A stretch of 62,216 nt of DNA, filler included, from Choristocarpus tenellus KU-1152 (taxonomy: Eukaryota; Protista; Phaeophyceae), in assembly GCA_964200185.2 (NCBI GenBank). It is 6 parts of 6 records of this genome, joined end to end, with 100 filler letters (N's around TTAATTAATTAA, not from the genome) between each part and the next. Parts side by side here need not be neighbours in the genome. Positions count along the whole stretch, not along the records: positions 1 to 19,808 come from CAXNAD020000441.1; positions 19,909 to 41,917 come from CAXNAD020000310.1; 4 more parts are not named here. One strand, 5' to 3'. The notes beneath the pieces were generated by a model. That model was not told the DNA's origin and did not search any database. It saw only the letters and a list, made by a program, of their open reading frames with translations. Shown one piece after another: positions 11,008 to 24,663 of the stretch; position 1 is the stretch's first letter; every line of letters begins with the position of its first letter. The translations under genes and the position numbers were made by a program.

Positions 11008-14000
11008 TCTCCTTTCAGGGTGTTGTGCCTCCCACCCCCTTCACTCCACAGGAATGAGTTCTTTTTGACCCTCTCATCTGCAGAGTCTCCATTGTAGGGG
11101 TCTTCCACCATGGTTCAGTTGTGTAGGCTTGAGGCGCAAGATAGTTTGGGGTTACAAAATGTTCTGTGATGAAACCTTCACTCAAGATGAAGAGGTGGTG
11201 GCTTGGCGACCTCCAAATTTTGTTGATTTAGCATAGAGTAGACAGCTGAATAGGGTCGTAGAGATGGGTGACCTTTAGGAGTCTGCATAGCCAACTTCCC
11301 AAGTCATTTGCTTGCTAGTGTGTATGGTTTTGTTTCTCTTAGCCTGCGGAGATGTCACACAGATGTTGAAATATGCTGCAGAATGTGATTGACATTTTTT
11401 TTTGCAAAGTTGTCGTGTACTGACAAAAGTGGATTCGGAAACGGCTCTTGGTTTGACTCCTACACGTTGCAATAACAATAATGAAAGGTGCACTTGTTGG
11501 ATGGATAGGTTGTGCTTGGCATTGGGCTTGCCTCTACTCTTTGATCAGGAGTTTGAACGTTGTATGCAGGTTGACACACTTCATTTACTTTTTTGCTTCA
11601 AGTGTAATATCCAAAATCCACTGGAATGCTGCTGTGTTCATCGTACCAAAGCATGCATACTAGGTACTGTATAAGGATCTGAATAGTAAATTCCTTTGTT
11701 ATATAACGTAAAGAAAAGGAATTGATCCTTCTCACTATGCAAAAACAGGCTCAAAATACCTGACAAAACAGATAAGGTGTACTCTTCGTATTAAAAGTTG
11801 TCTGCAATACGGTTCACGCAAAATCTTCATTGTTCCAAGTTCATACTTTTCTGGGTAAAAATCGGATGTGTACGAGCCGCCTCCTGGTAACACGACCCTT
11901 TTTATTTACATTCACAATGAGGAAATGCATAGACACCCTGATGCCCTTCCCTTATCCATGATATTGTGATGCTGGACCTCGAGTATTACACACCAAGTGT
12001 ATGTTCTACTATGCCTTTCGATATGTTTTGTAACTATAACTTAACAATATGAGCTGAAGCTGTGTTAAACTGTTGGAAGAAGACTCAGTAACATCGTAAT
12101 TCTGATGAACTGTATAAAGTAGTTGAATGGGTTTTTTTGGTATCTTCAATCGCTAAGGTCAAAACCGAAAAGGAACGAAGCAGGTGCAGGGAAGAATTTT
12201 TTTGAAGAGACTGGCGACTCACCAAATGCCTTAAGGAGTAAGACACAATCGTGTGACATGAGCAAATATATGCCGTGATATTTGTGAGGCTTGAGACAGC
12301 AAGAGAAGGAGGTTAGGCAATGTATCGAAGCTTTAGCAATGTCCTTAAGCACCTATGAAGGCCCAGAGTAGACAGGTGCTGCAGACAAGATATCTGACTG
12401 TGGTTAAAACAATGAGAACGTATCGTGGAGAATGCGAGGTTGTGGAGCGGTGTTACAAGAAGCCAAGAAAGGGATACGCCATTCACATGAGGCGCGCGAT
12501 TTGAATGGAAAAGTGCTGCATGGTGGGAACATGGTACACCTTGTTCTAGGAGCATAAATCAGTGGGCGGAGGATCTGTACGTAGCATAATTGTGGCATGC
12601 TTCACTTTCTTCAACTGGGAAGTACGCTCAACTCATAGTGATTTCCTCATGTGCTTCACACATATACTTAACTGACTCCATATTTTAGAGTCAGGTAATC
12701 GATTGCGCCTATAGATATCCCATGAAACTGAGATGTGTAGCAGCGAGGATAAAGGGTCCAATTATATAGGGTTGACACTCAACAGTGTGGAACTCCTGGC
12801 TGTGTCACACATGGTCAGCAACCATTGTATCAGGAAAAATCACACACAAACAAAGACTGAAGGATCCTCAACCACGGGGACAGCAAGCTGGATAAGTTCT
12901 ATTATGTGGGACAGTACATGAACAACTGGTGCCCCCCATGGATGGATGCCTCGAGATGCCTACAATAGAATGTTTCCTCCCGAGGATGCAAGAGTAAGAA
13001 GTACCTGATCACCATATGCAAACATATATATATATCACCATACACATATTTGTGGGACTATGTGTGTGTGTTCAGAGAGTCCTTTCCAATCTCGAAACCT
13101 TCGTGGACCTATCAAACAAACACAACAACCAGTGTACCATGGGCACAACATTGGTGTATTATGTCCTTATCATTACAGCTCTTGAGGTGTGAAAAGAATG
13201 TAACACTCATTCTTGGGACTATCCCTGCCCGAAGAGAGTCAGTTGTTGGTCTTTCTTCAACAAGAAAAATAAATGTACTGCTTCAAGACCAGTGAGATCA
13301 AGGCCAGTCGACAAAACTAAAAGTAGCTTGAGACGGAATCAAAGCGCAACATGTGAATGAACTCCCTGTTTTTGTCCTGTGAAATGAGAGGTTTTTCTCA
13401 TCATGAAGTCTCTTAATCTTCAACCTCACAACAAGTGCATGGAATGACTTACAAGGAAGATATTAATGGTTTATATGACTAGTCTATATTCTTATTTCAA
13501 ACAATCAACTTCAAGCAAAAGAGGGTGAAAGTCAAGCTGTTTGCAACAGTTGCCTGAGTGAACGCTTCAAGGTATATTTTTTCTCAACACAATAGAAGAC
13601 AGGCACTATTGCTATATATAGGCATATTCGTCACTTTACCCTGGGGACTATCCCTGCCTGTGTTCAGAGACACTACACATGTTGCCCTAATTTCTTATTC
13701 TACTACGTAGTACCTATTGTGACTCAACTGTTGCACTACGACTAGTTATTTTTTGCCTTGATTCGTGCGTGTTGGGTTCAGTCATCCCATCGCTTGTCTC
13801 TCCACCTTCCTTGAATCTTGTGCTGGACCCACCTCGGAGTCGTTCGGCAATGAGGTCTTGTCAGGTTTCCCACGTTGTGATAGTATAGGAACTGAGAGGA
13901 TTGTTGAAATGTAAATCCACAGTGCTTGCCACTTGGACCTTCTAGAATATAAACCAAATTTCCCTGTAGTATACTACTATAGTAATGTTTCATGATCGTG

Positions 14001-14903
14001 CCCATAAGCATTGTCAATATTCTAACCCGAAAAAGAAATGCAGAGAACACTGTCCGCAAATATCATTGAATTGTGAGGAATGCAACGATCTCGTCAAGGA
14101 AATGTAATGTGGACGTTAATTGGTGGGATGTTGAAGCCCAACTGTGGAGGTTGGTGATCAAAAAATTAAAGCCAAACCTAAGCTGAGATAAGTGAAATTA
14201 GGCACGGAGAATCAGGCAATGATCAACTCATCCACCTCCTTTCCCAGAATGACCTCGCCAGTACTCTTCGTGTGCGGGGTAGGTGGTATAAAGAGATACA
14301 ACAACAACAGGAGATATCTTATGCTCCACACTCTTTTATGCACCCTTTCGATATCTACATCGGATATCAAAAAGACAGCGGTTGATCTCCAACTCTACTC
14401 CCAGTAGCCGTTTAAACTCGAATATGTTGTATCCATTACTGGAAATACCTGTACATGAGGAGATAACCGAAAAGATGCCAACAGCAATGCCCATTTCAGT
14501 ATTTTTTCGTCTATTTTGACTCAAAATTCTTACATTGATCGGTATCAACAAGTGAGGACAACCAGCACTTTATTGTTCACCACTCCATTGTGTTGAAGAG
14601 CTTAGCGCATGTAAGGCTCGTCGCCGAAAGCTAGTAGTTGAGTTACATGGTAAAACATTCACAAAATATTAATTATCTGCTGGGTGTTCAATATCAGTAG
14701 TATTGACCCATCATACAGGTTTGCACGTTACTACTGTGTATTTTATCTTCTCAAAGATAAACGTACATGAAACGAATGTGATATACAACGTAGGGATAAC
14801 ACTAGGTTCTCGACACATTTGGTGTCCCTCCTAACGCACCCTACTCTTCAATTTACAATATCTTTCCTTCTTGCATTCAATATTGAGGTGTAAAGTGGTG
14901 ATA

Positions 14904-16806
14904 CAGAGCCTGTACCTATATAAGAGAGGTCGCTATAAGAGAAAACGGGATATAGGCTGTAAGAGAGGTTTCGGCGTTTTCCTCCCAATTCTCTCTTACA
15001 TCAAGCAAACTTCCATTTTTTTCACTATATGACCAAAGGGTTTCCCCAAAAGTCATGCCTAAGTCAAGCAAAATAGAACGAAGTAAGGCACAAAACTGCT
15101 GGAGACCAGCAGTACACAGCATAGCAGTATTTTGTCTCTCAGTACTGAACAGTACAGTACATATAGTACATCACATTAATTTTAGACCACTGCTCGAGAC
15201 CAGCAGTACACGGCATAGCAGTCTTTTGTCTCTCAGTACTGTACAGTACAGAACACACAGTATATCACATCAAGTTTAGACGACTGCATTGTACAGATAT
15301 AACGATGCCCTGTGCAGCGGGATCCAGCTGCAACATACAGGGTAACATTCCTGGTCCGCCATACTATACATACCATACGTGTCGCGTTTGTAGCAAATAT
15401 CTTCATGGCATTTACGGCATCGTGGATCCTTTTTGGCGCCAGCGAAATGAAACACATGTGCAAAAATTGTGCGTCAGCCCCACCAAGCACAAGGCTTCGA
15501 GTCCTCCAGCTGGTGACAACATGGTGTCGAAGCACCATGATAACAAGAAAGGTCAACGTCCTCCCTGCCCCCGTCCAAGCAGGGCTGACCTCAAAGTTTG
15601 GCAAAACTACTTGTACCTCGAACAAGTTCACCTCCAGCACTGACAACTCTGTTGAGGACACCAATGAGTTGATGCACACAATGCAGCACTTGAGTGTCGG
15701 CACGAGGAGCGACCATATTGATGAGAACCTCTCCAATGCTCTTGACGCTCTGCACCTCAAACCCGACAGAAAGTTATCTCAGGCTTCCATCGATGCAGCG
15801 AGAGCGTGGATCGGCGTAGAAGACAACGATGAAGTGGCCAATGCGATACTAGAGGGCATGAAAGATCAGCTGCTCGAGGAATCCTTGTACCAGTCAGACA
15901 ATGGATGCTCGGGTGACAAGGATGACAATGGGTTTATGGAATGGAGCAGCGTATCGGGGGTCGTGAGGAAAGGAGCAGCCCCTTTTCAGTGTTCTGGATT
16001 CCTCCACTTCCGTACTCTCAAGTATCTGATGAGTTTGCAACATTAGAAACAACCACCAAAGAGTGCGTATGAACGATGTTACGTACTATCTCTGGAAAGC
16101 AAAGCTGGCTTGGCTCAGCGCAATCAGGGCAAGGGCAATCAGACAAGCGGACATCCGTGATTTTTTTGACACTCACGATTTTTTTATCAGTGAATAATTT
16201 GTTTTACTCAGTGCGTGCGATGGGGGGTGCATGGTGGTGCAGGTGTATTTCATCTAGAGTGACATTTTTGGTACTGTAATGTATAAAATATGCTTGTAAA
16301 GTGTAACTGAGTAGGGCAGGGCATTGGAGGGAGATTGACTTTGAAGGTTGGTTTGAGATGAACTGTGAGTCGTCTGTCCATCCAACGACTTGCGGATACT
16401 TTTCTTGGGAAGGTGTACTATACATAGGAGAAAATATATCGTAATGAGTGTAATTTACCAAAGTTACATTACTGTATACATACGACACTGGTATAACGTG
16501 TGGTGCTTGCTGCACTACCATAGCTTCATCGAAATGGGCTCACCGAGGGAAATGTTCAATAAATATCTACATCTAACTACTCTTGAAGGCACATGGAGAG
16601 CAAATACAGCAGGGGCGTCGCTCTATCGTCGTTCGGACAAGTATAACTGAGGGATTACGAGCAGTGTTGGTGGATAAAAAGGTTTCTCTTATCAGGATCC
16701 TTCAGTTTAAGAGTAACGCACTCTTATATAAAATAAGAGAGGATGGGGATATAAGAGAGGGATTTTTCCATTATCCCTACCCTCTCTTATATTGGTACAG
16801 CATTTG
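14904..16806 (+). mobile_element. Internally deleted pogo-like (Tc1/mariner superfamily) DNA transposon
   Basis: TA on both flanks. Imperfect TIRs CAGAGCCTGTACCTATATAAGAGAGG and (rc) CAAATGCTGTACCAATATAAGAGAGG, with repeated subterminal ATAAGAGA motifs. The internal frameshifted ORF has an N-terminal Cys/His cluster and a C-terminal PIP-box-like RQADIRDFF. I saw no DDE core. Confidence 0.8.
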
Positions 16807-17047
16807 TAGTGAAGTGTGATGTGTTCTTTATTTTCAAAAGATTAATTTCTTTTGTTCTGATCAAAACAAGAAAGGAAGAAAGGAGAGTTAAGTCCAAAAC
16901 AAACTTAACATTTTGTTTTTAATATGGCAATTTACTTCCCCCATTGTCTCTGCTTGCGCCAGGCGTTTCTGTTGGGTGGAAAGTGTTAAAAATTTGTGTG
17001 AGACTTAGCAAGCCAGCACATTGGTTGTAAGGAAAAAAGTAGGAACG

Positions 17048-19731
17048 ATGATTCCGCGAATGCTGAGAGTCTCTGCGGCACCCCTCTGGAGGTGAGGCTC
17101 GCAGATGGTGATGAAAGAGTTCACGTCCTAGGTTGGAATGCACACAGTGCCTCGCCCATGAGATAACCCAAATGACATGAACCGAGGCACACGTTCCGTT
17201 CGATTCCACCAGCGGCTTCGCCTTCACCTGATATTTCGCCTTGCGACGTCGAAGTTGTGCAATTTTTTGCTCTTTTGGAGGGTCAAATCTGTTTCAAATT
17301 TTACTTGCAACTCGGCATCGTCTAATCCTTTGTGCTCCCCTTCCACCTTACCCGTGCTGCCTCCAGGGGTGCACCCCCCCGTGTTTCGACGGCCCGTGCT
17401 TTATCTTCGGACAAGAACATCACTGTTGCCTTCACAAAAGAAATGGATACCCACAACAGTGAGTATGGAAGGGTGTTGACGATTTTTTTGGGGTTTGATG
17501 AGTTTAGATAAGAAATTTAAGGAAAGGATTGGAGGTGTGGGCACTCTGTGCAGCTAAATATTTTTCTGTTTCTTCTTCCCCCCGACCAGTCCGATTCAGT
17601 TCCGTCCATATTGTTTCGCGAATAGTGCATGTTTGGAGCATGCAACTATGGGGACAGAGCTTCTGAAGCATCATGAGGCCTTGCGCGGTCTCTAACACAT
17701 AAATGAGTGTCACTAACAGGAGAGTGGGAGGAGAGGAGTGAAATACTACATACCATGATCGCTGCTATTTGTGTGGAAAGATCAAGAATCGTCCACTCAA
17801 ACTTTCATTTTGCCTCAGATGCGAGATTAAATAGGCGAACTCAGTTTCCTTAGGACAGGAGAAAAAAACTTCGCAATGACCATGTGCAACTTTGCAGTGC
17901 GACTCTTTTCGATTGTGGTAATACATACAATATCTTATGGGATGAGGATGCCTCTTTGCCATGCAATGTCTATGATCCGACAAAGAATCCCCCCTGCCTC
18001 TCAACCCCCGTATAACCCTATTCCCATTCCCCCGTACCCTGCAAACTAATCGTCGTTTGTGCACTGGCAGTGCCCCTTGCTCCTCCGACAGAAAGTGTTA
18101 CCAATAGGGAGGAGCTGATGTCATACTTCAAGCTTATGCACACAATGCGACGCATGGAGCTAACATGTGACACTGAATACAAGGTAGGAGGATGGACGAG
18201 TCCGCAATGTGGGGATTGCAAGGGAGGCTGATACACGCTACCTTCTTGATGTCCCTTGCATAGTGTCTGTTCCGGGTATCAACATTTCATTCTTTCACAT
18301 AGACTCGTAGTTGCTTTTTTTCTCATGGTGAGCTCATTGCAAATATCACTCTTGAGATGATTGCAGGAAACCCTGCAGATAACAGGAAGTATCACGATCG
18401 TCAGACACCACAACCTTCCACCCTTCCAACGTAGCCCCCCTGTATTGCCTCCTGGCAGTGCTGTGCCAATCCACGTCCTTCGCGCGCCTCCCTTACATTT
18501 CACACACCTTCCCCGGGTTTGTGCCCCCTTCCTGCGTTTCTAATACGGCCGCATGTGTTTGTGGCACAATAAAACCATTCACAGGCCCGTACTATCCGTG
18601 GGTTTTGTCATCTGTACGATGGGCAGGAGGCTGTAGCAACAGGGGTTGAGGCAGCCCTCAATCACCAGGTGGGCATTTCTTTGTTAGGTTTGGGATGGGG
18701 AAGGGAGGGTTTGATCCTCTACAATGTACTTGTGATGTAATGCTGCTTGATGTTGGGTGCCCTTTTGGCATGGAGGGAAAGTGGGGGCTTTAAGGGGTAG
18801 GAGGGTGGGAAGTTACGAAGAGAACTTGTTCAGGGCTTGTGGAAGTCCAACAGGCATGTTGTGCGAGTTTGTTCTCTATTCTTTTCTTTTTCCTCTAGTG
18901 TATTGGATAGAGTACGAGCTGTGTGCATGAAGTGGGGTGGCCGAGGAAGCAATTCACGTTTTGTTTTAATACTTATTTGAGAAGAACTAGGGTGGAGATC
19001 ATTTGACGTGGCGTTGGAAGTTTTTTTTGTGCGAAAGTGGGTGATACAGGATACATATATATATATATATATATATGGGGTATGTCTTAGATCAGGTATA
19101 CTGTGTTGTGTATCTTATTTTAGTTCATTGCCTGTGCTGTTATTGCAGTCAATCCCTCCATTTGTCAAAGGGTTTTTTGGATGTTTGTTGGCAGTTGCCA
19201 TTCTTTCCTGCATGTACTCCATTGTTGGTTGCGGTCCATGTATTTCACGGTGTATGGGAACAAGCTGCAAGGCTGTCGTCACTGCCTATTGGAGTAGGTT
19301 GCTCGAAAAAAAATTGAAGATTCGTTAGTCGTTAGTCGTTGAGCTCGTTTTGATTCACATGCATACTCGTCTTTTACTTGATCCACCATTTTTTTTTTCC
19401 ATTTTGTCGGATCTAAGAAAGGTTAGATGTGCCACCACCGGCCTGTTGTTTGTGGGCAACAAGAACAAAAAAATAAATAAAACCCCACCGCCTCCAGGTG
19501 ATCAACCCATCCCTCCTTCAAGTGTGTCGCCTTTCAAGACTAACCTGCACGCAACGTACTCCAATGCTTATGTATGCCTGTTGCTGGGAATAATTGCTGC
19601 TCTTCGCCCGTGTCTTTTTTCTCACCCTACATTAGGACTCTTGGATCACCTCTTACAGGTGCCACTGTACTGCTCTTGCCCGGGGAGGAACAGTGGAGTC
19701 GGTTTTTGCAGAACTGTTTGGGTTCAAGGAG
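17048..19731 (+). CDS. PDHA1: Mitochondrial pyruvate dehydrogenase E1 alpha subunit, 5' part (143 aa; exons 17048-17091, 17367-17458, 18071-18183, 18585-18668, 19636-19731), truncated by the contig end
   Basis: The spliced translation is [29 protein letters not shown]...[96 protein letters not shown] and ITSYRCH are E1-alpha signatures. The presequence is Arg-rich and lacks acidic residues. All introns are GT-AG. Confidence 0.93.
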
Positions 19732-19808
19732 GTGAGGCAAAAGCACGGACAGGCTACGTCGTATGAGGGGAGGGGGATAGTTGGTAGGTGCCTGTCATTT
19801 GGGGGGGG

Positions 19809-19908
19809 NNNNNNNNNNNNNNNNNNNNNNNNNNNNNNNNNNNNNNNNNNNNTTAATTAATTAANNNNNNNNNNNNNNNNNNNNNNNNNNNNNNNNNNNN
19901 NNNNNNNN
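19809..19908. other. Artificial contig linker N44-TTAATTAATTAA-N44
   Basis: Identical 100-bp spacer with stops in all six frames. It recurs five times in the window. Confidence 0.97.
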
Positions 19909-21149
19909 ATGTCAAAGGGCATAATAATAAAATAAAATTGTCAAGAGTTGGGGGAATGGTATAACTGTGAAAGAAACCGATAACGGTATGGACTAGCTTA
20001 TACCGTCATCTGTATTATTTGTATTGATGGTATATCGTGTAACGTCCGCTGATTTCTGAATACTGATCTGAACTTGATCTGGTTGGGATTTTAGCCGTTT
20101 TCGATGTAGTTAAGGCTCAAATTGACTACCTATGTTGGTTTGGTGTATTGAGTGTTTCTTCGTCTTTTTAAATGAGGGGGTTATCTTTAGTGTTATTATC
20201 CTTACATTTATCTTCGTCTTAGTCATAGAACTACCCTCCCCTTTGTTCAGAGGCACTACACACTCCACTACTTTTCGTAAGAACAAATTGTGACGGCATA
20301 GAGGTATAGCCCAAATGGGAGTGATATCACTGTAGTGTAGAATGGAGGGGTGTAGACTCGCTTGCAAAAATACCAGTCAACCTTGGAGGGTTGTGAGAGG
20401 GTGACTGCAGCTGTATGTAATTCAGGTAGTTGTTAGAGGCTGTGAGTGTGCGGCACGATAAGCTCTGCAAAACACGCCAGCATCCAAGGAACTCCTGTGC
20501 CTTCTATAGAAACACATCAGCAGCACGTCCTCATGTCTTTCACCCAAGCCATGTCTGATCAGCTGTAATTGTAGACATTAAATATTATTATACATGACAG
20601 TACTTAGATCATACATTCTATTAGGTCTAGAACTTTGGGTCATATATGCATATACGACCAACATCAGGGTAGTGATTTGGCTATACTTGAATTGAGCCGG
20701 ACCATCCAAATAAAAATACAAAAGGATAATGTAAGGCATAAATATTGAGTGTGGAGCAACCTAAATATTTGGGCCTTGGCAGGTGGCAGCTGGAAAAATA
20801 TAGAAAAAGAGCAAAGTTTGCGAGTACTGGTTTGAAGAATGCTGGTGTTGGCATGGATTATATGACCCCATTACCACAAGTTATACAGACAAATATTAAT
20901 TAATTATAGACAGCTATTTGTAACATAATCAGAAGCTCTCTGCAAGCAATAAGCTGACACCATTTTTGTGTCCTCTTGTTGGGAAACTAAGATTGAAGGG
21001 GTGGCGCACATAAATTTTACCGACCATACATCGTGTACAATCTTACAATCAAAATTCAAGATTAAAGTGAAGTATCAAATATGAAATGTCCAAGTGCAGT
21101 GAACTAACCCTAAACATTTTATAAAGATGTCATGTGGTGACAGAGCAAT

Positions 21150-22520
21150 CTCAAGCATGCTCTGACCTGTGCAAGAGATGTAATATAGAGTGAGAAGACA
21201 TTTTTATATGTTAAGAGAGATTTTAGATGCACAAGTAGGTTGTTGCGATCCCAAACGAGATGGAAGGACCCGATGGGCAGCATTGTACAAGATCATTTAT
21301 GGTTGTGGTTTAGACACACAGGTAATTGCAACTACAAACGAGATAGATGTGGTGGGTATTGTTGTTTTATACAGACACACAGTTATGTGGGAAGTTTTTG
21401 TGTGCGTGATAAAGAGATACCTCATCTGGAGAGTTACATGCTCTGTGACCAACCTGTTGTAATAATACTGTGATCATCTTCAAAACTACTTGTCTAACTT
21501 TCAACATCCATAATGAGCTACTGCTGACTTTCTATGGCCAGGATGTGATACTGCAGGGCACAATGATGTGAGTGGGGTAACAGGTGTAACAGGGGAGGAT
21601 AAGCTCCATGGACCCAAGGAGGAAAGAAACAGTGAGGGTTGTGTGCCTGGGTAAACCTGTGGGGTCTGTGATGGAGGCAAAAGAGATGGAGAACGTTTTC
21701 TACTTAGTAACCATGATGCTTTAGTAGCAGCAGGGAGGGTGTACTGGGGATTCCTGCATGTGCAGTCTGTGCCTACTAAGTACAACAAGCAAGATTTTAC
21801 CAACTAGCAGACACGGTGGTCCACCTACACCAGGTGGAGTGGCAAAGGGACTGTGGCTGCATAATAGGGATGAGCTGTACTTGGGTAGAAGGGGTGGGGG
21901 CTGTGTTACAGCATGTGGGTGCAAAATTTAGAAATCAAGCTCTATCAAAATGTGTAGCTGGCAGACATGGTTCTCATCCAGCACCAGAGGAATGGCAAAG
22001 AGGGAAACTGTGAGCTTGGCAAAATGGGTTAGCAGTGTCAGGGGGGTCTATGGCTGCCTGTTCAAAATTTGATGATCGACCCAAAATGTGTGTGAGCAAC
22101 CTTGACTTTGAAAACAGTAAAAGTATTGTAGGGTAAGGCGTTTCCAGACAGGTTAAAGAAAAATGACATTCTGAGTCAACCATCCCCTTGAAGTTGCCGA
22201 GCAAAAACTGGTAGGAACACAGGTAGAAGGGAAGAGGATGGGTGTCTGATGATAGTTACTATCCAGTGCACTGCATATAGCAAAATAGCTACTGGAGTAT
22301 TTTCTCCTCAGATTAGTGGTAGAACTCACAAAACACAAAGACTATTTACAGGGGGACATTTATGGAAGAGGGTTAATACATCCATGGCCATCAACCATTT
22401 CAACATGGCTGGATCACAGGCTGGGATGTGGTCATACGACTGTGGATATGCTAACCAGTCAACCCAGCGAAAATATGTATCACATATTTTGGTAGGTATG
22501 AAGGGTGACATCGCATGTTT
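21150..22520 (-). mobile_element. Degenerate Penelope-like retroelement remnant
   Basis: Minus-strand fragments PFIPTKICDTYF and LMAMDVLTLF resemble the Penelope RT 'IKDT..F' and 'xDVxSLF' motifs, followed by a Cys-containing segment. 21531-21590 is similar to 48400-48450. Confidence 0.4.
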
Positions 22521-24663
22521 AACATTGAAGGACTTCTGTACATGATTTCGAACCTATCTATATGCACACAAAACTTCGCCTCCGACATTTTGTAAGCATT
22601 TTTCCCATGCAACACATACCGGACATGTCAAAAAAAGTTCAATTAGCAAGCAGCAATGGTCCCGACATGTTAGAAAATGTTGAACCCATTTTTGGCCTCC
22701 AGACATGGACCGTTGCAACACATAGTGGACATGGTCCAGACATGTAAGATAATGCTAGACCCAATCCATTTTTCGGATATGGACTGGGACATGTGAGATA
22801 ATTGTAGTACCGGTCTGGGGGGTGGATGTGACCATTTCAATTTGCCAGCCCAGTGAAGACCCTGATTAATACAAAGTAGTGAGGATCAATTGGTGATGAT
22901 AAGAAGATCCAATGAGGATTCAGCAGGCATAGGAGTGGTTAGTGGAGTGTCACAAAGAGATTTACTACAAAAATATTGAGGAGATGGCACACACATGCAG
23001 TCAAACCATCTGAGAGGTAGGCAGGGTTGAACCGAGAAGGGCAAAAAGATGTCATTTGCTAAATTGCAGGAAGATCCTTTGCTGAATTTTGGTGTCACTT
23101 TGTGTGTGGAAAGGGGGAATATCAATTTTACTTACACTAAGTACACATTAATCAATGGAATAGTGTGTACCACAGGGTAAGAAAATGGTGTGGAATACAA
23201 ATGGGTCCAAACCCACCTACCTGATGAACGGTTCGGCTCTTGAGCTGAATGTGGTGGATGTCAGGGACTGCTTATTCTTTGATGTGTACTATCGGTGGAT
23301 AGATGCCCAAATTAATTGTGGCCCTAATGCTGGAAGTGGTAACTGTTACTATTTGACCATGACCTATTCTGTTGCCACATCCAGATATTTCATTTCTTGC
23401 ATGTTCATTTTTTTCCTTGGCTCCAATCTGTAAAAGAATGTGAGGTAAACTCAAGCCCACAACTTTTCATAGAAGTAGAAAACTATCTCCTATATTTTCC
23501 ACATCAGATTTAAACATTTTTTCGCTTGATTTTTTTGTGTATAGAAAAGGGTCCCACTGAAGGTTTCAGGTCAAAATGACCAGATGTACCTTGAAGTAGA
23601 AACACCTGACCAAGGGTGACAATAACCCAGTTTGTGGCTGTGGAATACAGTACCCCCTGCATCCCTATCCACATACTTTGGCAATGTTATGTGCAGAGAA
23701 TGTTACTACAGATGTGACTGGTGTAAGAGCATAGTGCTTCCAGAAGGGGTGGGGCACTTAATTCCCAAAAAAAATCCAAGATTGCTGCACACTAAATATG
23801 GGGGGGTTGGTTGGTCAGGGATGATGGTGGAAGGTTGATATTCAACACACTAGACACACTGCTGACGGTTTCTTTGTCAGTCATATCCTCCCACCAACTA
23901 AACAGGAACCCTACCCCTATTTACATCCCTGATTTAATAGTGAACACATGTTCTCTATGTCAACGATGAAGTTTGCCCAGAATAATTAAACTCCCCAAGG
24001 CAAAGGGGGGTCTCAACTCTTGACACAAAGTGTTTCCAACTAATTGAACAGCACATCCTGATCGTGCTCTGATTTTCTTTGTAGATGAAGAGGAATCACA
24101 AAGAAATTCTTTGAAAGGACTGAAAAGTAGGGGGGTAGCATTTAATGTAGAAAGGAAGATAAGATAGTCTCTAAGCTTCAAGAGACGTGTAGTATAATCT
24201 TCCATCTACGGCAATACTCTAAATTATCAACTGACAATCCAATGAACGCCTCAAAGATGTGATGAAGTTACACAAAATGGTACTTGCATCAGAAGTCCTT
24301 TCATGGCCAACCATGTCACTCTTGACTTCTTAACCTAAGCTTTATACCCAAACACAACCTGTTCATCACAGCATTATTTTTCTCGTGGCAGTCACATTCT
24401 TACTACTCCTACAGTTGTGGAACTATATGGAACTCATCACAACCCAAAAATTTAGTGGTGAGTTACTAAGAGAGAAATGGAATGTAAGCAGACCAATGAA
24501 AGTAGTCTCAACTGCTTCAGCCTTTTTTTTGGTCTTTGAGCTCTCATCAAAAATGCACGTCTCATAGAGTAGATCAATACTTTTTTTCCAGACAACTTTA
24601 GTCAGCATCCACATGGATATGTATATAATCCAAACTTGACACCCCCCCAAAAATACTGCATGA

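Noticed and set aside
12140-14560. Coding-like fragments between ycf23 and the pogo element
   Set aside because: Frequent stops and no assignable family motif. Probably old TE debris.
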